A stretch of 64,000 nucleotides of DNA from IMG/VR virus record IMGVR_UViG_3300010883_000003, positions 1-64,000 of that record; one strand, written 5' to 3'. The notes beneath the pieces were generated by a model. That model had not been told where the DNA came from. It saw nothing but the letters and a program-made list of their open reading frames with translations, and searched no databases. The position numbers and the translations under genes were made by a program. Below are positions 27,778 to 37,244 of this stretch, in pieces. The stretch comes from a virus. The first letter of the stretch is position 1. Each line of letters begins with the position of its first letter.

Positions 27778-29733
27778 ATGGCAGAAAAAGGAAATATCTT
27801 TCAAAGGTTAACGCAGCTTTTTAGATCTGGTCCCACGATCAAAAGAAAAGTTCGTAAATCTTCGTCTACAGATATAAAGTCATCAGCCGTAGAAACATTC
27901 CGCCGCGCTCATAATGATGTTTATGCAAACACCATGAGTGCGTATGGTTCATTCGACAGAATGTCAAGATACAGTGACTTCAGCGAAATGGAATCCACAC
28001 CCGAGATCGCTTCTGCGCTTGATATATACGCTGAAGAAACAGTGTCACCTGATGAGCAAGGTCGCGTTTTGCACATTTTTTGTGAGGATGATCTAAAGAA
28101 AGATATTCTTGAGTCGTTATTTTACGATACCCTAAACGTAGAATTCAATCTTGTCATGTGGGTTAGAAATCTCTGCAAGTACGGAGACTTTTTCTTGTTT
28201 AACGATATCGATCCAAATTATGGTGTTGTTAATGCGTATCCAATTCCTATATCAGAAATGGAAAGAGAGGAAGGGTTTGACCCTGAAGATCCATCTGCTG
28301 TAAGATTTCGCTGGTTAACGCAAGGTAACTCCACATTAGAAAATTGGCAAATTTCTCATTTTCGTCTTTTAGGTAACGATTCATTCTTACCGTACGGTTC
28401 TAGCGTCCTTGAGTCTGCTAGAAGAATATGGCGACAATTGATATTAATAGAAGATGCTATGCTGGTCTACCGTGTGATTAGAGCCCCAGAAAGAAGGGTA
28501 TTCTACATTGACGTCGGTAATGTACCTCCAGAAGACGTACCAAACTACTTAGAGCAAGCAACCAGCGTGTTAAAGAAAGCTCCTGTTATAGATCGAGAAA
28601 GTGGAAAGGTTGACCTCCGGTATAATCCCATGAGCGTTGATGAAGATTACTTCATTCCTGTAAGAGGCGGCGACAGCGGTACTAGAATAGACTCCTTGGC
28701 TGGAGGACAAAATACTGCCGCCATTGAAGATGTCGAATATATTCAAAAGAAGCTCTTTGCAGCGCTAAAAATACCTAAGGCCTATCTTGGATATGATGAA
28801 GATATTGGTTCGAAAGCTACACTAGCACAAGAAGATATTCGCTTCAGTAGAACTATCCAGCGTATACAAAAAACCGTTATTGCTGAACTTAACAAATTGG
28901 CTATGATTCATCTGTACGTCCATGGCTTTGATTCGGAAGATCTTCTTGATTTTGAATTGCGACTCTCAAACCCATCATCTGTAGCACAGCTTCAAAAACT
29001 AGAGTTGATATCCAGCCGCTTTGACATCGCCGGCAAAATTCCTGAAGGAATGCTAGACAGACGATGGGTCCAGAAAAACGTTCTTGGATTAACAGACAAA
29101 GAAATCATCGCGATCCAAGAAGGAAGAATAAAAGATAAACTTGACGATGGTAGCGTCGAAGGTGCAGGAGCAGAGGCCGGCGGCGAAGAAGCCGGAGGAG
29201 GAGATGAAGGTGGCGGTCTATTCTCTGGTGATAAACCAGAAGGAGATCAGCTTTTAACGGCGGAGCCAAGAAAAAAATACTCCTTTACCGACGATGAAGA
29301 CACTAGTGATGAAGATGATGATTTTGTAGACTTATCTAAACTATCCATAAATGATCCAGACGCACCTCTAAAAGCTCAGCAAGTCGTCAATAAATACAAG
29401 CCCAAAAAACAATCCCGTGGCCCTTTAACTACACATATGCCTGATTTTAAAACTATGGTAACACATGGTAGATCACAAGACTCGATGAGGCGCCCATACG
29501 GCGATGATTATCTTAAACCTGCTTTTGAAGGAATGGATTACGATGAGGGTGATAGTTATGTATATAGGGACGCACCTCGACCGGTAATGACACCGGAAAT
29601 GAAGAGTGTCTTTAAGTCATTGGTAAACATTTTAGATCCTAAAGGCGGAGTGCTTCTAGAAGGAGCAAACGAAAATGAGGGAAAAGCAATTCCACTCGAT
29701 GAATACGAAGCCGGAGAAATAGATGAAAGTTAA
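27778..29733 (+). CDS. Portal protein (T4 gp20-like)
   Basis: W.QL.LIEDA..YR..RAPERRVFYIDVGN.P, EDYFIP.R and YIQKKLF.ALKIP motifs. Acidic C-terminal extension. Confidence 0.95.
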   Translation: MAEKGNIFQRLTQLFRSGPTIKRKVRKSSSTDIKSSAVETFRRAHNDVYANTMSAYGSFDRMSRYSDFSEMESTPEIASALDIYAEETVSPDEQGRVLHIFCEDDLKKDILESLFYDTLNVEFNLVMWVRNLCKYGDFFLFNDIDPNYGVVNAYPIPISEMEREEGFDPEDPSAVRFRWLTQGNSTLENWQISHFRLLGNDSFLPYGSSVLESARRIWRQLILIEDAMLVYRVIRAPERRVFYIDVGNVPPEDVPNYLEQATSVLKKAPVIDRESGKVDLRYNPMSVDEDYFIPVRGGDSGTRIDSLAGGQNTAAIEDVEYIQKKLFAALKIPKAYLGYDEDIGSKATLAQEDIRFSRTIQRIQKTVIAELNKLAMIHLYVHGFDSEDLLDFELRLSNPSSVAQLQKLELISSRFDIAGKIPEGMLDRRWVQKNVLGLTDKEIIAIQEGRIKDKLDDGSVEGAGAEAGGEEAGGGDEGGGLFSGDKPEGDQLLTAEPRKKYSFTDDEDTSDEDDDFVDLSKLSINDPDAPLKAQQVVNKYKPKKQSRGPLTTHMPDFKTMVTHGRSQDSMRRPYGDDYLKPAFEGMDYDEGDSYVYRDAPRPVMTPEMKSVFKSLVNILDPKGGVLLEGANENEGKAIPLDEYEAGEIDES

Positions 29734-30574
29734 ACATAACAAAAAAAGAAACGTAGGACTACTTTTCGCTCAGTTGTCTCAGCTTGTATCTGAGTCAATG
29801 GTTGAAGGTGATGCGAATAGAGCTAATAAGACATTAACTCTTATAAAGAAGCATTTTGTACCTAAGTCCGAATTATTTAAAGAGTTCCGGTTATTTCGTG
29901 CCATTATGGTCACTTCTGTGCCGACAGACTCTTTAGCTAGTTCAATAATCTCTGAAGCAAAAACTGCCTCTAAGAATATTAACATGAAGTTGCTGACTCA
30001 ACAGAAGTCTGCGCTTATAAAAGATATAAACTACGAATTGAATGAAGGTAACTTCTACAATCGTAGAGTAACTGATTATAAGACATTCGCAACAGTCCAG
30101 ACTCTGCTATCTGAGTGGCGAAGTGAGTCTCCAGACTTATCTGTCATAGGAAAGTTTGAGCCTGAGCTTCATTATCATTTATTAAGAGAGAAAAAGATCA
30201 AAGATCTTGAAGAGCTTAAGTCGACAGACGTGAATTATCTTGTAGTGGATATTATGAGAAAAAAGATAGAAGAAAAGTTTAGAGCGCAACTTAACTCTGG
30301 ACAGCTATCTCTCTTAAAAGAGTACGTATTTTCTAACAACGATAAAGACAGTTTTTTGAAAAAGCTAGTGAGTATAAAATCTTCAACAATATCTACACTT
30401 GACAAGTTTGAAAAAGCATGTAATAACAAGATTATAGAAAGCCAAATACCACAAGTTAGAAAATCCGTTGCATCTCTTTCTGTTGAAAATGTAGATGATG
30501 AAACTATTTCTAGATATTTGACTTTAATGAAGATAACTGAAGAGTTGACGACTGGAGAAGAAACTAATGGATAA
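29723..30574 (+). CDS. Head-module hypothetical protein
   Basis: 283 aa helical protein starting KHNKKRN, located between portal and protease. Confidence 0.7.
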   Translation: MKVKHNKKRNVGLLFAQLSQLVSESMVEGDANRANKTLTLIKKHFVPKSELFKEFRLFRAIMVTSVPTDSLASSIISEAKTASKNINMKLLTQQKSALIKDINYELNEGNFYNRRVTDYKTFATVQTLLSEWRSESPDLSVIGKFEPELHYHLLREKKIKDLEELKSTDVNYLVVDIMRKKIEEKFRAQLNSGQLSLLKEYVFSNNDKDSFLKKLVSIKSSTISTLDKFEKACNNKIIESQIPQVRKSVASLSVENVDDETISRYLTLMKITEELTTGEETNG

Positions 30575-31181
30575 TTTAAAGCTTTTGACAGAGTGGAGCC
30601 CTTGGCAATATTCTAAAGAAATGATAGAAGAGTCTAAGCAGAGTAACGACGGCCGAGTAGTCATGAAGGGTGTTCTTCAAAAATCAGACACCCTAAACCA
30701 AAACGGCAGAATTTATCCAAAAGTAATCCTCGAGCGCGAAGTAAGAAATTATCAAAAATTTATTGCTGAAAATAGAGCTCTAGGAGAGTGTGACCATCCT
30801 GATAGTTCTGTTGTAGAGCTTAAGAATGCTTCTCATATTGTTAGAGAAGCTTACATGGACGGCGATGTTTGTTACGGTATGATCGAACTATTAAACACTC
30901 CGTCTGGTAAGATACTACAGAGTTTGGTAGAGTCTGGCGTTACACTTGGTATATCCAGTCGTGGCGTAGGTTCTACAAAGAGGAACGGCGATGTCGATGT
31001 TGTTCAGGATGATTTCCAGCTAATATGTTGGGATTTTGTTTCTGAGCCCTCAACACCCGGTGCCTTTATGATGAAGGAAGGTATTGAGGTCCGCCGGAAC
31101 GACCTTGATAAAGTTTTTAACAAGTCTGATCGTATTCACCGTGCGTTTAATGATGTAATCAGTTGGGGTAATGAAAAATGA
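30567..31181 (+). CDS. Prohead core protease (T4 gp21-like)
   Basis: NQNGRIYP, ALGECDHP, TPSG, GISSRGVGS and DFVSEPSTPGA motifs. Confidence 0.95.
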   Translation: MDNLKLLTEWSPWQYSKEMIEESKQSNDGRVVMKGVLQKSDTLNQNGRIYPKVILEREVRNYQKFIAENRALGECDHPDSSVVELKNASHIVREAYMDGDVCYGMIELLNTPSGKILQSLVESGVTLGISSRGVGSTKRNGDVDVVQDDFQLICWDFVSEPSTPGAFMMKEGIEVRRNDLDKVFNKSDRIHRAFNDVISWGNEK

Positions 31182-31684
31182 GTTCTAAATGGCCTACACC
31201 CGGTCTAAATTTTACCGCCGAGTATCAAAGAAGTGGTATTCCATTTGTGACGTCTTCTCTTTCACAAGAAGTTAATACAACTACACCTGTAAGAATTTCA
31301 TTCCCCCGTGTGACTAGGTGGGTTGAGATTGTACCGTTTAATAACGATGCTGCAGCCTATCTTAAATGCGGCTTCACCTCGAACGGTGTTATTAGCGCCG
31401 GCGCAGTGACTGGCTCATATTTCGTTGAGTATGACGATGACGGCGACGTAAAGTTTAATACGACGATACCTGAACCAAGCGCATATGAAATGTCTGCAAC
31501 TGCTAGAAATTGGTTTGCTTTACCGGTAGCACAGTCATCAGTACGTCTAGAAGTTGCCTGTACAGATTTATTTATACTAACGAATGCGAGCGTGTGTGAT
31601 GTATCTGTAATCGCTGGACTAACTAACATTCCGGCATCAGACTTAGTTCTGTCTGGCGCGAATGGAAATTACGGAGTAGGATAA
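31178..31684 (+). CDS. Hypothetical virion protein
   Basis: 168 aa, ATGA-coupled, beta-rich (YQRSGIPFVTSS, FPRVT.W, IAGLTNI). Confidence 0.65.
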   Translation: MSSKWPTPGLNFTAEYQRSGIPFVTSSLSQEVNTTTPVRISFPRVTRWVEIVPFNNDAAAYLKCGFTSNGVISAGAVTGSYFVEYDDDGDVKFNTTIPEPSAYEMSATARNWFALPVAQSSVRLEVACTDLFILTNASVCDVSVIAGLTNIPASDLVLSGANGNYGVG

Positions 31685-31685
31685 T

Positions 31686-32102
31686 ATGGCTAAAATGTCT
31701 AGAAACGGTCTCAAGTCTCTCGTAAAAGAATGCTTATTCGAGATTTTGTTAGAATCTACAGAAAGTAATACCGGAAAAATTACGGAAGCTCGTAAAGTTC
31801 TTAAGAGCGATAAGAAGCTTACTTCTCGTCGCCCAGCGCTTGACATGATAACTAATAATCCGCAACGAACTGCGACTCCGAAAAAACTCGACGTCTCTCA
31901 TTTAACAGAAGATCCAATTATGGCAGCGATATTTCAAGATACCGCTGCCACCACGTTAGTTGAGCAATCAGACGCAGAGCGAGGAAAAGTTGCTAGGGGA
32001 GCCGGCGATGCCGCGGCTCGCACAGCATCACAGAGTGATCCAACGCAGCTCTTTGGAGCAGCTGCACAAAATTGGGCTGCATTAGCATTTGATGATAAAT
32101 AA
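31686..32102 (+). CDS. Hypothetical prohead/internal head protein
   Basis: GGAG RBS. N-terminal LKSLVKECLFEILLE helix. Confidence 0.65.
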   Translation: MAKMSRNGLKSLVKECLFEILLESTESNTGKITEARKVLKSDKKLTSRRPALDMITNNPQRTATPKKLDVSHLTEDPIMAAIFQDTAATTLVEQSDAERGKVARGAGDAAARTASQSDPTQLFGAAAQNWAALAFDDK

Positions 32103-32153
32103 GAAAAAAAGGCTGGACACAGCATACTTACGAATAGGTCAGGAGGATTTGAC

Positions 32154-32429
32154 ATGACTAAAAATATTAAATTAACACCTTCTCTTCTTAGAAGAATCGT
32201 TCTAGAAGAAAAGAAAAAGATTATGGAAACCCTTGAACAGGGTAAAGAAGAGTCAGAAAAGGTATCAGCAGAAGAAACAGACGCTGATGAGTTGGCTGAC
32301 GCTCTGGAAAAAGATATAGATTTTATGGCTGCTTTAAAGATTCAAGAGAGCATGCTAAAGAAGAAGTTTAAGAAAGTTCAACTTGCCAAAAGACGTCTTT
32401 ATAAAAAGATTAATGAACGCAAAAATTAA
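32154..32429 (+). CDS. Small charged head-module protein
   Basis: AGGAGG RBS, ATACTTA upstream. N-terminal LLRRIVLEE helix. Confidence 0.7.
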   Translation: MTKNIKLTPSLLRRIVLEEKKKIMETLEQGKEESEKVSAEETDADELADALEKDIDFMAALKIQESMLKKKFKKVQLAKRRLYKKINERKN

Positions 32430-32455
32430 ACCACTTACAAAAAGGAACCGTTGAA

Positions 32456-32938
32456 ATGCCAACACATACACAAAAAACAGTAGAACACCTAGCGACAGTT
32501 AGAGATATGGGATCTTCTGATTCCGCAACGGTTAAGGCTTCTTTTCCAGGGTCTCCTATCCACCAAGGTGAAATGACAGCAGAGTCGGTACGAAAGCAGT
32601 TCCAGGATGAAGTTATTGACGGTACCGTTAACGACGGCGGTCATACATTCGGAACGTTTAACAAAGATTATAGTGACTCACCAGATCTGGCTCAAGTTAA
32701 GACCGGTGGTGGTGGTCTTCCTGCGTCTCCATACGTCCCAAACCCTGTTTCTCCTGGTGAAGGAAGTTTGAATCCTACAGATCAAGCTGATCCACCTGAG
32801 GGATTCGGTCAAAGACCATCTGATACGTGGGGTTCCGGAGTCGGTTCACAGCTACAGCCTAAGACATCTTCTGAGCAACAGTCTTCTGGACGCTTAGGCG
32901 ATTATGTAATGGGCAGAGCTTGGGGAAGTAGCTCTTAA
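32456..32938 (+). CDS. Hypothetical Pro/Gly-rich head-module protein
   Basis: AAGGA RBS, 160 aa. Confidence 0.7.
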   Translation: MPTHTQKTVEHLATVRDMGSSDSATVKASFPGSPIHQGEMTAESVRKQFQDEVIDGTVNDGGHTFGTFNKDYSDSPDLAQVKTGGGGLPASPYVPNPVSPGEGSLNPTDQADPPEGFGQRPSDTWGSGVGSQLQPKTSSEQQSSGRLGDYVMGRAWGSSS

Positions 32939-33516
32939 TGTCTTCCAAGTCATATCAATCAAATCATGAGCTAAACTCAGGCCGCAAGCTTGGGCTTAGC
33001 CATGATGCCCGTCAGGGTCTTGGTTATGGCTTAACAAGAAGTAATTTTCATAATCAACGTCAAAAAGATCAACTGTTTCCGTATGTTACTGATTCCGTTG
33101 ATTTAGATAATTTGCAAGACCTAGATTTGGATATTAACGTTTTACAACAAATACAGAATAAGATAGACACACCGTATAAAAGCGGTGATAGTCTAATTGG
33201 AAGATCAGCCGATCACTCTGCATTTGTTAGCGCAAATCATCCTCTTTCTGCTGTTAGTGAAATAACGGCAAAAGGGATGGTTCCCTTTCCAGGGATGTAT
33301 AAAAATAGGATGCAAGTTGGTGGAGGAGTAAATTCTCCTAAATTAATTGCCCCCGGTGGATATAATCGAACTGGAACTTATTTTGGCTGGAGTCACGCGC
33401 CGGTCGATGATAATATAGATAATGATTACAATGAGTATGATGAAGAAACTATTTCTTTGGAAAAAGCTCGTAAGATTGTTAAAAAAGTGCTTAAAAACAA
33501 CTTAAAGAGTATATAG
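32938..33516 (+). CDS. Hypothetical head-module protein
   Basis: TAATG-coupled 192 aa ORF. Confidence 0.65.
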   Translation: MSSKSYQSNHELNSGRKLGLSHDARQGLGYGLTRSNFHNQRQKDQLFPYVTDSVDLDNLQDLDLDINVLQQIQNKIDTPYKSGDSLIGRSADHSAFVSANHPLSAVSEITAKGMVPFPGMYKNRMQVGGGVNSPKLIAPGGYNRTGTYFGWSHAPVDDNIDNDYNEYDEETISLEKARKIVKKVLKNNLKSI

Positions 33517-33596
33517 TTAAGCATATTTTTAGTCATCTTCGTTTTGTGATCATATTTAAGAGATAAATGTGTGCATTATTTTTGTGAGGTTCGTGA

Positions 33597-35129
33597 ATGT
33601 CGACTACACTGTATAAAGAAGCTATTGCTGAAGCTCATCAACTCAAAGAGTTAGCTGAGCAAAATGCAAAGAACAAAATTATTGAGGCTTTAACGCCTAG
33701 AATTCAAGCGATGGTTGAATCTCAACTCTTATCAGAACAACAAGAAATTGAAATTGAAGATCTTGATTTAGATGATGATGGGACTATCGATATGTCTGCT
33801 ATGGAGGTACCGTCTTTAGACGCCGCTCTCGCGGATGAACTTATTGGTGATGATGAAAGTGAAGACAGCAGTGCTGCTGAAGCTAGCGTTATTATTAATG
33901 CGCAAGGAGATGTTAACGTTGCAGTTCAAGAAGCTGTAAAAAATAACGTCAAGAATATCAAAGAAGTGATAAAAAACTCTACATCTTCCAACGGAAATAA
34001 GCTCGCTAATAAAATTGCAAAGCTTCAGACGAAGGTTAGGAGAATGGATGCATTGTTGGAGAGTATAGACGCAAGTGCCCTATCTAACCAGCAACGCGCT
34101 GTAATCAAACAGTCATACCGAAAATTGTTGGGCGAGGCTTTAACTTTACGTTCAGAGGTAATAATTATTTCTGAGGGTGGAGAGCAAAGGTTGAGACTCC
34201 AGCTATTCAATACATTAAAGGAGATGAATACAATGACTAAAAACCGCAGCCGCGCCATCTTCAACCAACTTTTTGAAGCTGGTTACGGCGAATTAGATGA
34301 AATGGAACTGGTACTCAGTGATGAGGACCTCGAGGCTCTTGGTGTTGAAGACGCTGAAGATGCCGATGTCGATGCACTCGACCTCGAAGTTTTGATGGAC
34401 GAAGAGTCCTTTGAAGGTGAAGAGGAAGAAGCAGAGGCGGAAGAGGTTGAAGCCGAAGACGAAGAAGGTGAGGAAGAAGAAGCCGAACTTGAACTTGGGG
34501 AGTTGGACGAGGTCTTTGAGATTGACCCACGCGTTCTCCGTAGAGAACTTCGTCGTCTTAAAACAATTAGAGAGCAAGCAGAAGAAGAAGCCGACCAGTT
34601 TGGTGGCGGTGAGGTTGAGCTTGAAGTAATGGAAGTTGATGAAGAAGACCTTCTCAATGCCCTTGCTGATGAGCTTGGAACCGTCGATTCTATTGCTAAA
34701 GCTGCTGAGGCCACAACCGGTCCAGTCGCAGAGGCACGTCGTAGACGTCGCTCTCGTGCGAACGGCAGAGCTCGTACACAACGAACATCAAACACTGTTC
34801 GTGAAAATAGAGAGTTGAAAAAGCAACTTTCTGAAATGAATCTTTTTAACGCAAAGCTACTTTATGTGAATAAGCTGATCCAGAATCGCAATGTAAGTTC
34901 TAAGCAGCAGCGTGCCATAGTCGAGGCTTTAGATAATGCCAAGACAATTCGTGAGGCTAAGCTCGTTTTCGAGGGCTTAACCAAGTCACTAAATAAGAAG
35001 TCCCTCAGTGAGGGCAAGAGAAGAGTTCTTGGTTCTTCTAGCAAGCCAACTCGCAGCGGCTCAGCCACTGTAAATGAGTCAGCACAGACGAACCGATGGG
35101 CAACGCTCGCTGGTATTAAATCAAAGTAA
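33597..35129 (+). CDS. Prohead core scaffolding protein (T4 gp22 analogue)
   Basis: Directly upstream of the MCP. Highly acidic coiled-coil protein with EAIAEA..LKE.AE.NAK N-terminus and EMNLFNAKLLY.NK..RW..LAGI C-terminus. Confidence 0.8.
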   Translation: MSTTLYKEAIAEAHQLKELAEQNAKNKIIEALTPRIQAMVESQLLSEQQEIEIEDLDLDDDGTIDMSAMEVPSLDAALADELIGDDESEDSSAAEASVIINAQGDVNVAVQEAVKNNVKNIKEVIKNSTSSNGNKLANKIAKLQTKVRRMDALLESIDASALSNQQRAVIKQSYRKLLGEALTLRSEVIIISEGGEQRLRLQLFNTLKEMNTMTKNRSRAIFNQLFEAGYGELDEMELVLSDEDLEALGVEDAEDADVDALDLEVLMDEESFEGEEEEAEAEEVEAEDEEGEEEEAELELGELDEVFEIDPRVLRRELRRLKTIREQAEEEADQFGGGEVELEVMEVDEEDLLNALADELGTVDSIAKAAEATTGPVAEARRRRRSRANGRARTQRTSNTVRENRELKKQLSEMNLFNAKLLYVNKLIQNRNVSSKQQRAIVEALDNAKTIREAKLVFEGLTKSLNKKSLSEGKRRVLGSSSKPTRSGSATVNESAQTNRWATLAGIKSK

Positions 35130-35161
35130 CAGACGCTAATTCTTTAAAGGAGAAATATACA

Positions 35162-37060
35162 ATGTCTAAAAAGTTTACACTTAGCCAATTAACCGAAGGT
35201 ATTCGGCAACGGCACCAAGGTGAGTCAAATGCTCGCCTTACAGAAAAGTGGGCTCGGACCGGTCTCCTTCGTGGTCTTGACGGCGTCCATCGTGAAAACA
35301 TGGCAACGCTACTCGAGAACCAGGCCGGTCAGGTCCTTCGTGAGTCCTCTACCCTTGGTGGTGGTGGTCTTAACCCCGCATCGAGCTCCGGTGATATCCG
35401 GGGCTTCACTAACATAGCTTTCCCAATCGTCCGCCGAGTATTCGGTGGTTTGGTTGCAAACGAGCTTGTTTCAATTCAGCCAATGAGTCTTCCTTCTGGA
35501 CTGCTCTTCTATCTTGATTACACTTACGGCACTAACGTCGGCGGTGAAGCAGATGGAGTCGGTAGTTCGACTAAGGCAACTTATAGCGATACCAATTCTA
35601 TCTACAATAACCCAGCGGGTAAGGGCGTTCGCTCTGGCTCACTCGGTGTTGGTGGACAGTATGACCTCGCTGGTAGCGGTTACTCTCGTGTTCACACGGG
35701 CTCAACCGTTATTAACCAGGATGATGCCACTACCATAAGTGTCTTCAAGCTCGGTTCGGGTTCTGCCCAGAGTCGTGCAGTCATTGGTTCCGGTGTCGCT
35801 TCGTCCGGTCAAGACGGTAGATTCTTGCAGTTCGATCCTCAGCTTTCGCAGCTTATTGATGATGAGAGCGGTACGTTCTTCTTCATGACTGTTCCTCTTG
35901 GACAGTTAGGCGATAACTTTGATGTGACAGCCGTTAAGGAAGCTGCTCTGGTACTGAGTGGAGCTACTGGTCTGAACACCGGTTGCGATATGGTTGCAAT
36001 CCCTGAAAGTATTCAGGGCGGTGCCGGCGTACATAACGTCCGTCGCTTGAACCAGCTTGTTACATCTGCCTCAGATGGGGGTACAATTACTCCTGCTCCG
36101 ATGGTAGGCGCAGGAACAGCTGGCGCAGCATTGCTAATGGTTTGCTCTGGTACTGTAACGGATGACATGACTGCATTCTCGGTTACCTATCCTAAGACTG
36201 CAACACTCAATAGTGATGACGGTTCAACTCTTGTTGTTCCAACATTCGAGTCTAGTTTCGGTTCTGATCCAACTCCGGAAATTCCTGAGATTGATATCAA
36301 GATTGAAAGTATCTCGGTTGTCGCACAGACTCGTAAGCTCCGCGCTCGCTGGTCACCAGAACTTGCACAGGACTTGAACGCTTACCACAGCCTCGACGCT
36401 GAGGTTGAGCTTACTCAAATCCTCTCTGAGCAAATCGCTCTTGAGATTGACCGCGAGATTCTAAACGACCTGCTTATGCAAGCTGACACTAACTTCTTCT
36501 GGGACCGCCGTCCTGGTCGATTCGTCAACAAGCGAAGTGGTGTTGTTGCTGCTAAGGCATCTTCTCTCGAGGGTGGTCCTTCTTTCACTGGTACAGTTCG
36601 CGAATGGTATGAGACTTTGGTCGAAACCGTTATCGACGTTGCCAATGAGATTCACAGAAAGACCCTACGTGGCTCTGCAAACTTCATCGTCGTAAGTCCT
36701 GATGTTGCAACCATCCTTGAAGCGAGTGTACTCTACAAGCCCAACTACAGCATTGATGGTGATGGCCAGGTTTCTGGTATGAGTCTTGGTGCAGAGTCTG
36801 TTGGTAGCTTAAGCAACCGCTTCACTGTCTACAAGGATCCTTACTTCCCTCGCAACAAGATTCTTGTTGGTTACAAGGGTGGTAGCTATCTTGAGACTGG
36901 GTATGTATACGCTCCGTATGTTCCGCTTATCGTTACTCCGACGATCTTCGCTCCTGAGGACTTCACTCCTCGCAAGGGCGTTATGACTCGATACGGTAAG
37001 AAGATGGTCAGAAATGACTTCTACGGTACCGTTACTTGTCTCGGTATGGACATTATCTAA
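35162..37060 (+). CDS. Major capsid protein (T4 gp23-like) with large central insertion
   Basis: MATLLENQ, FPIVRRVF..L.ANELVSIQPM, TRKLRARWSPELAQDL.AYH.LDAE.EL, YAPYVPL and F.PRKGVMTRYG motifs. AAGGAG RBS. Confidence 0.97.
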   Translation: MSKKFTLSQLTEGIRQRHQGESNARLTEKWARTGLLRGLDGVHRENMATLLENQAGQVLRESSTLGGGGLNPASSSGDIRGFTNIAFPIVRRVFGGLVANELVSIQPMSLPSGLLFYLDYTYGTNVGGEADGVGSSTKATYSDTNSIYNNPAGKGVRSGSLGVGGQYDLAGSGYSRVHTGSTVINQDDATTISVFKLGSGSAQSRAVIGSGVASSGQDGRFLQFDPQLSQLIDDESGTFFFMTVPLGQLGDNFDVTAVKEAALVLSGATGLNTGCDMVAIPESIQGGAGVHNVRRLNQLVTSASDGGTITPAPMVGAGTAGAALLMVCSGTVTDDMTAFSVTYPKTATLNSDDGSTLVVPTFESSFGSDPTPEIPEIDIKIESISVVAQTRKLRARWSPELAQDLNAYHSLDAEVELTQILSEQIALEIDREILNDLLMQADTNFFWDRRPGRFVNKRSGVVAAKASSLEGGPSFTGTVREWYETLVETVIDVANEIHRKTLRGSANFIVVSPDVATILEASVLYKPNYSIDGDGQVSGMSLGAESVGSLSNRFTVYKDPYFPRNKILVGYKGGSYLETGYVYAPYVPLIVTPTIFAPEDFTPRKGVMTRYGKKMVRNDFYGTVTCLGMDII

Positions 37061-37086
37061 GAAATTAGATAAAGTCTAAACGCTTT

Positions 37087-37119
37087 AAAGGCGGGCTCTT
37101 CGGGGTCCGCCTTTTTTTT
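37087..37119 (+). terminator. Rho-independent terminator after MCP
   Basis: AAAGGCGGGCTC-TTCG-GGGTCCGCCTTT stem-loop plus T tract. Confidence 0.9.
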
Positions 37120-37244
37120 GCGATAAATTATTTATAACAATTCAATGTTATATGATATAGTTAGTGGTAGGCCCGGTTCAATATAATCATCTGACACCCG
37201 CAGAGAATCGGAATCATCGGGAGCAAAAAAAAGGAGAGATTATT

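Noticed and set aside
34300-34680. GAA-rich repetitive DNA resembling a tandem repeat or array
   Set aside because: Explained by the Glu/Asp-rich scaffold protein sequence; no fixed repeat unit or spacers.
26155-37060. Inteins or introns in terminase, portal or MCP
   Set aside because: ORFs are continuous with expected motif spacing and show no intein termini or homing-endonuclease motifs.
37165-37225. HDV-like/theta or hammerhead ribozyme
   Set aside because: The GGCCCGG start is suggestive, but I could not find the HDV nested double pseudoknot with its J4/2 cytosine, or the hammerhead CUGANGA/GAAA core.
37164-37244. N-terminal extension of the 37245 gene from GTG 37164
   Set aside because: No RBS. 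The AAGGAG before ATG 37245 and the paralogue's MPK start indicate the later start.
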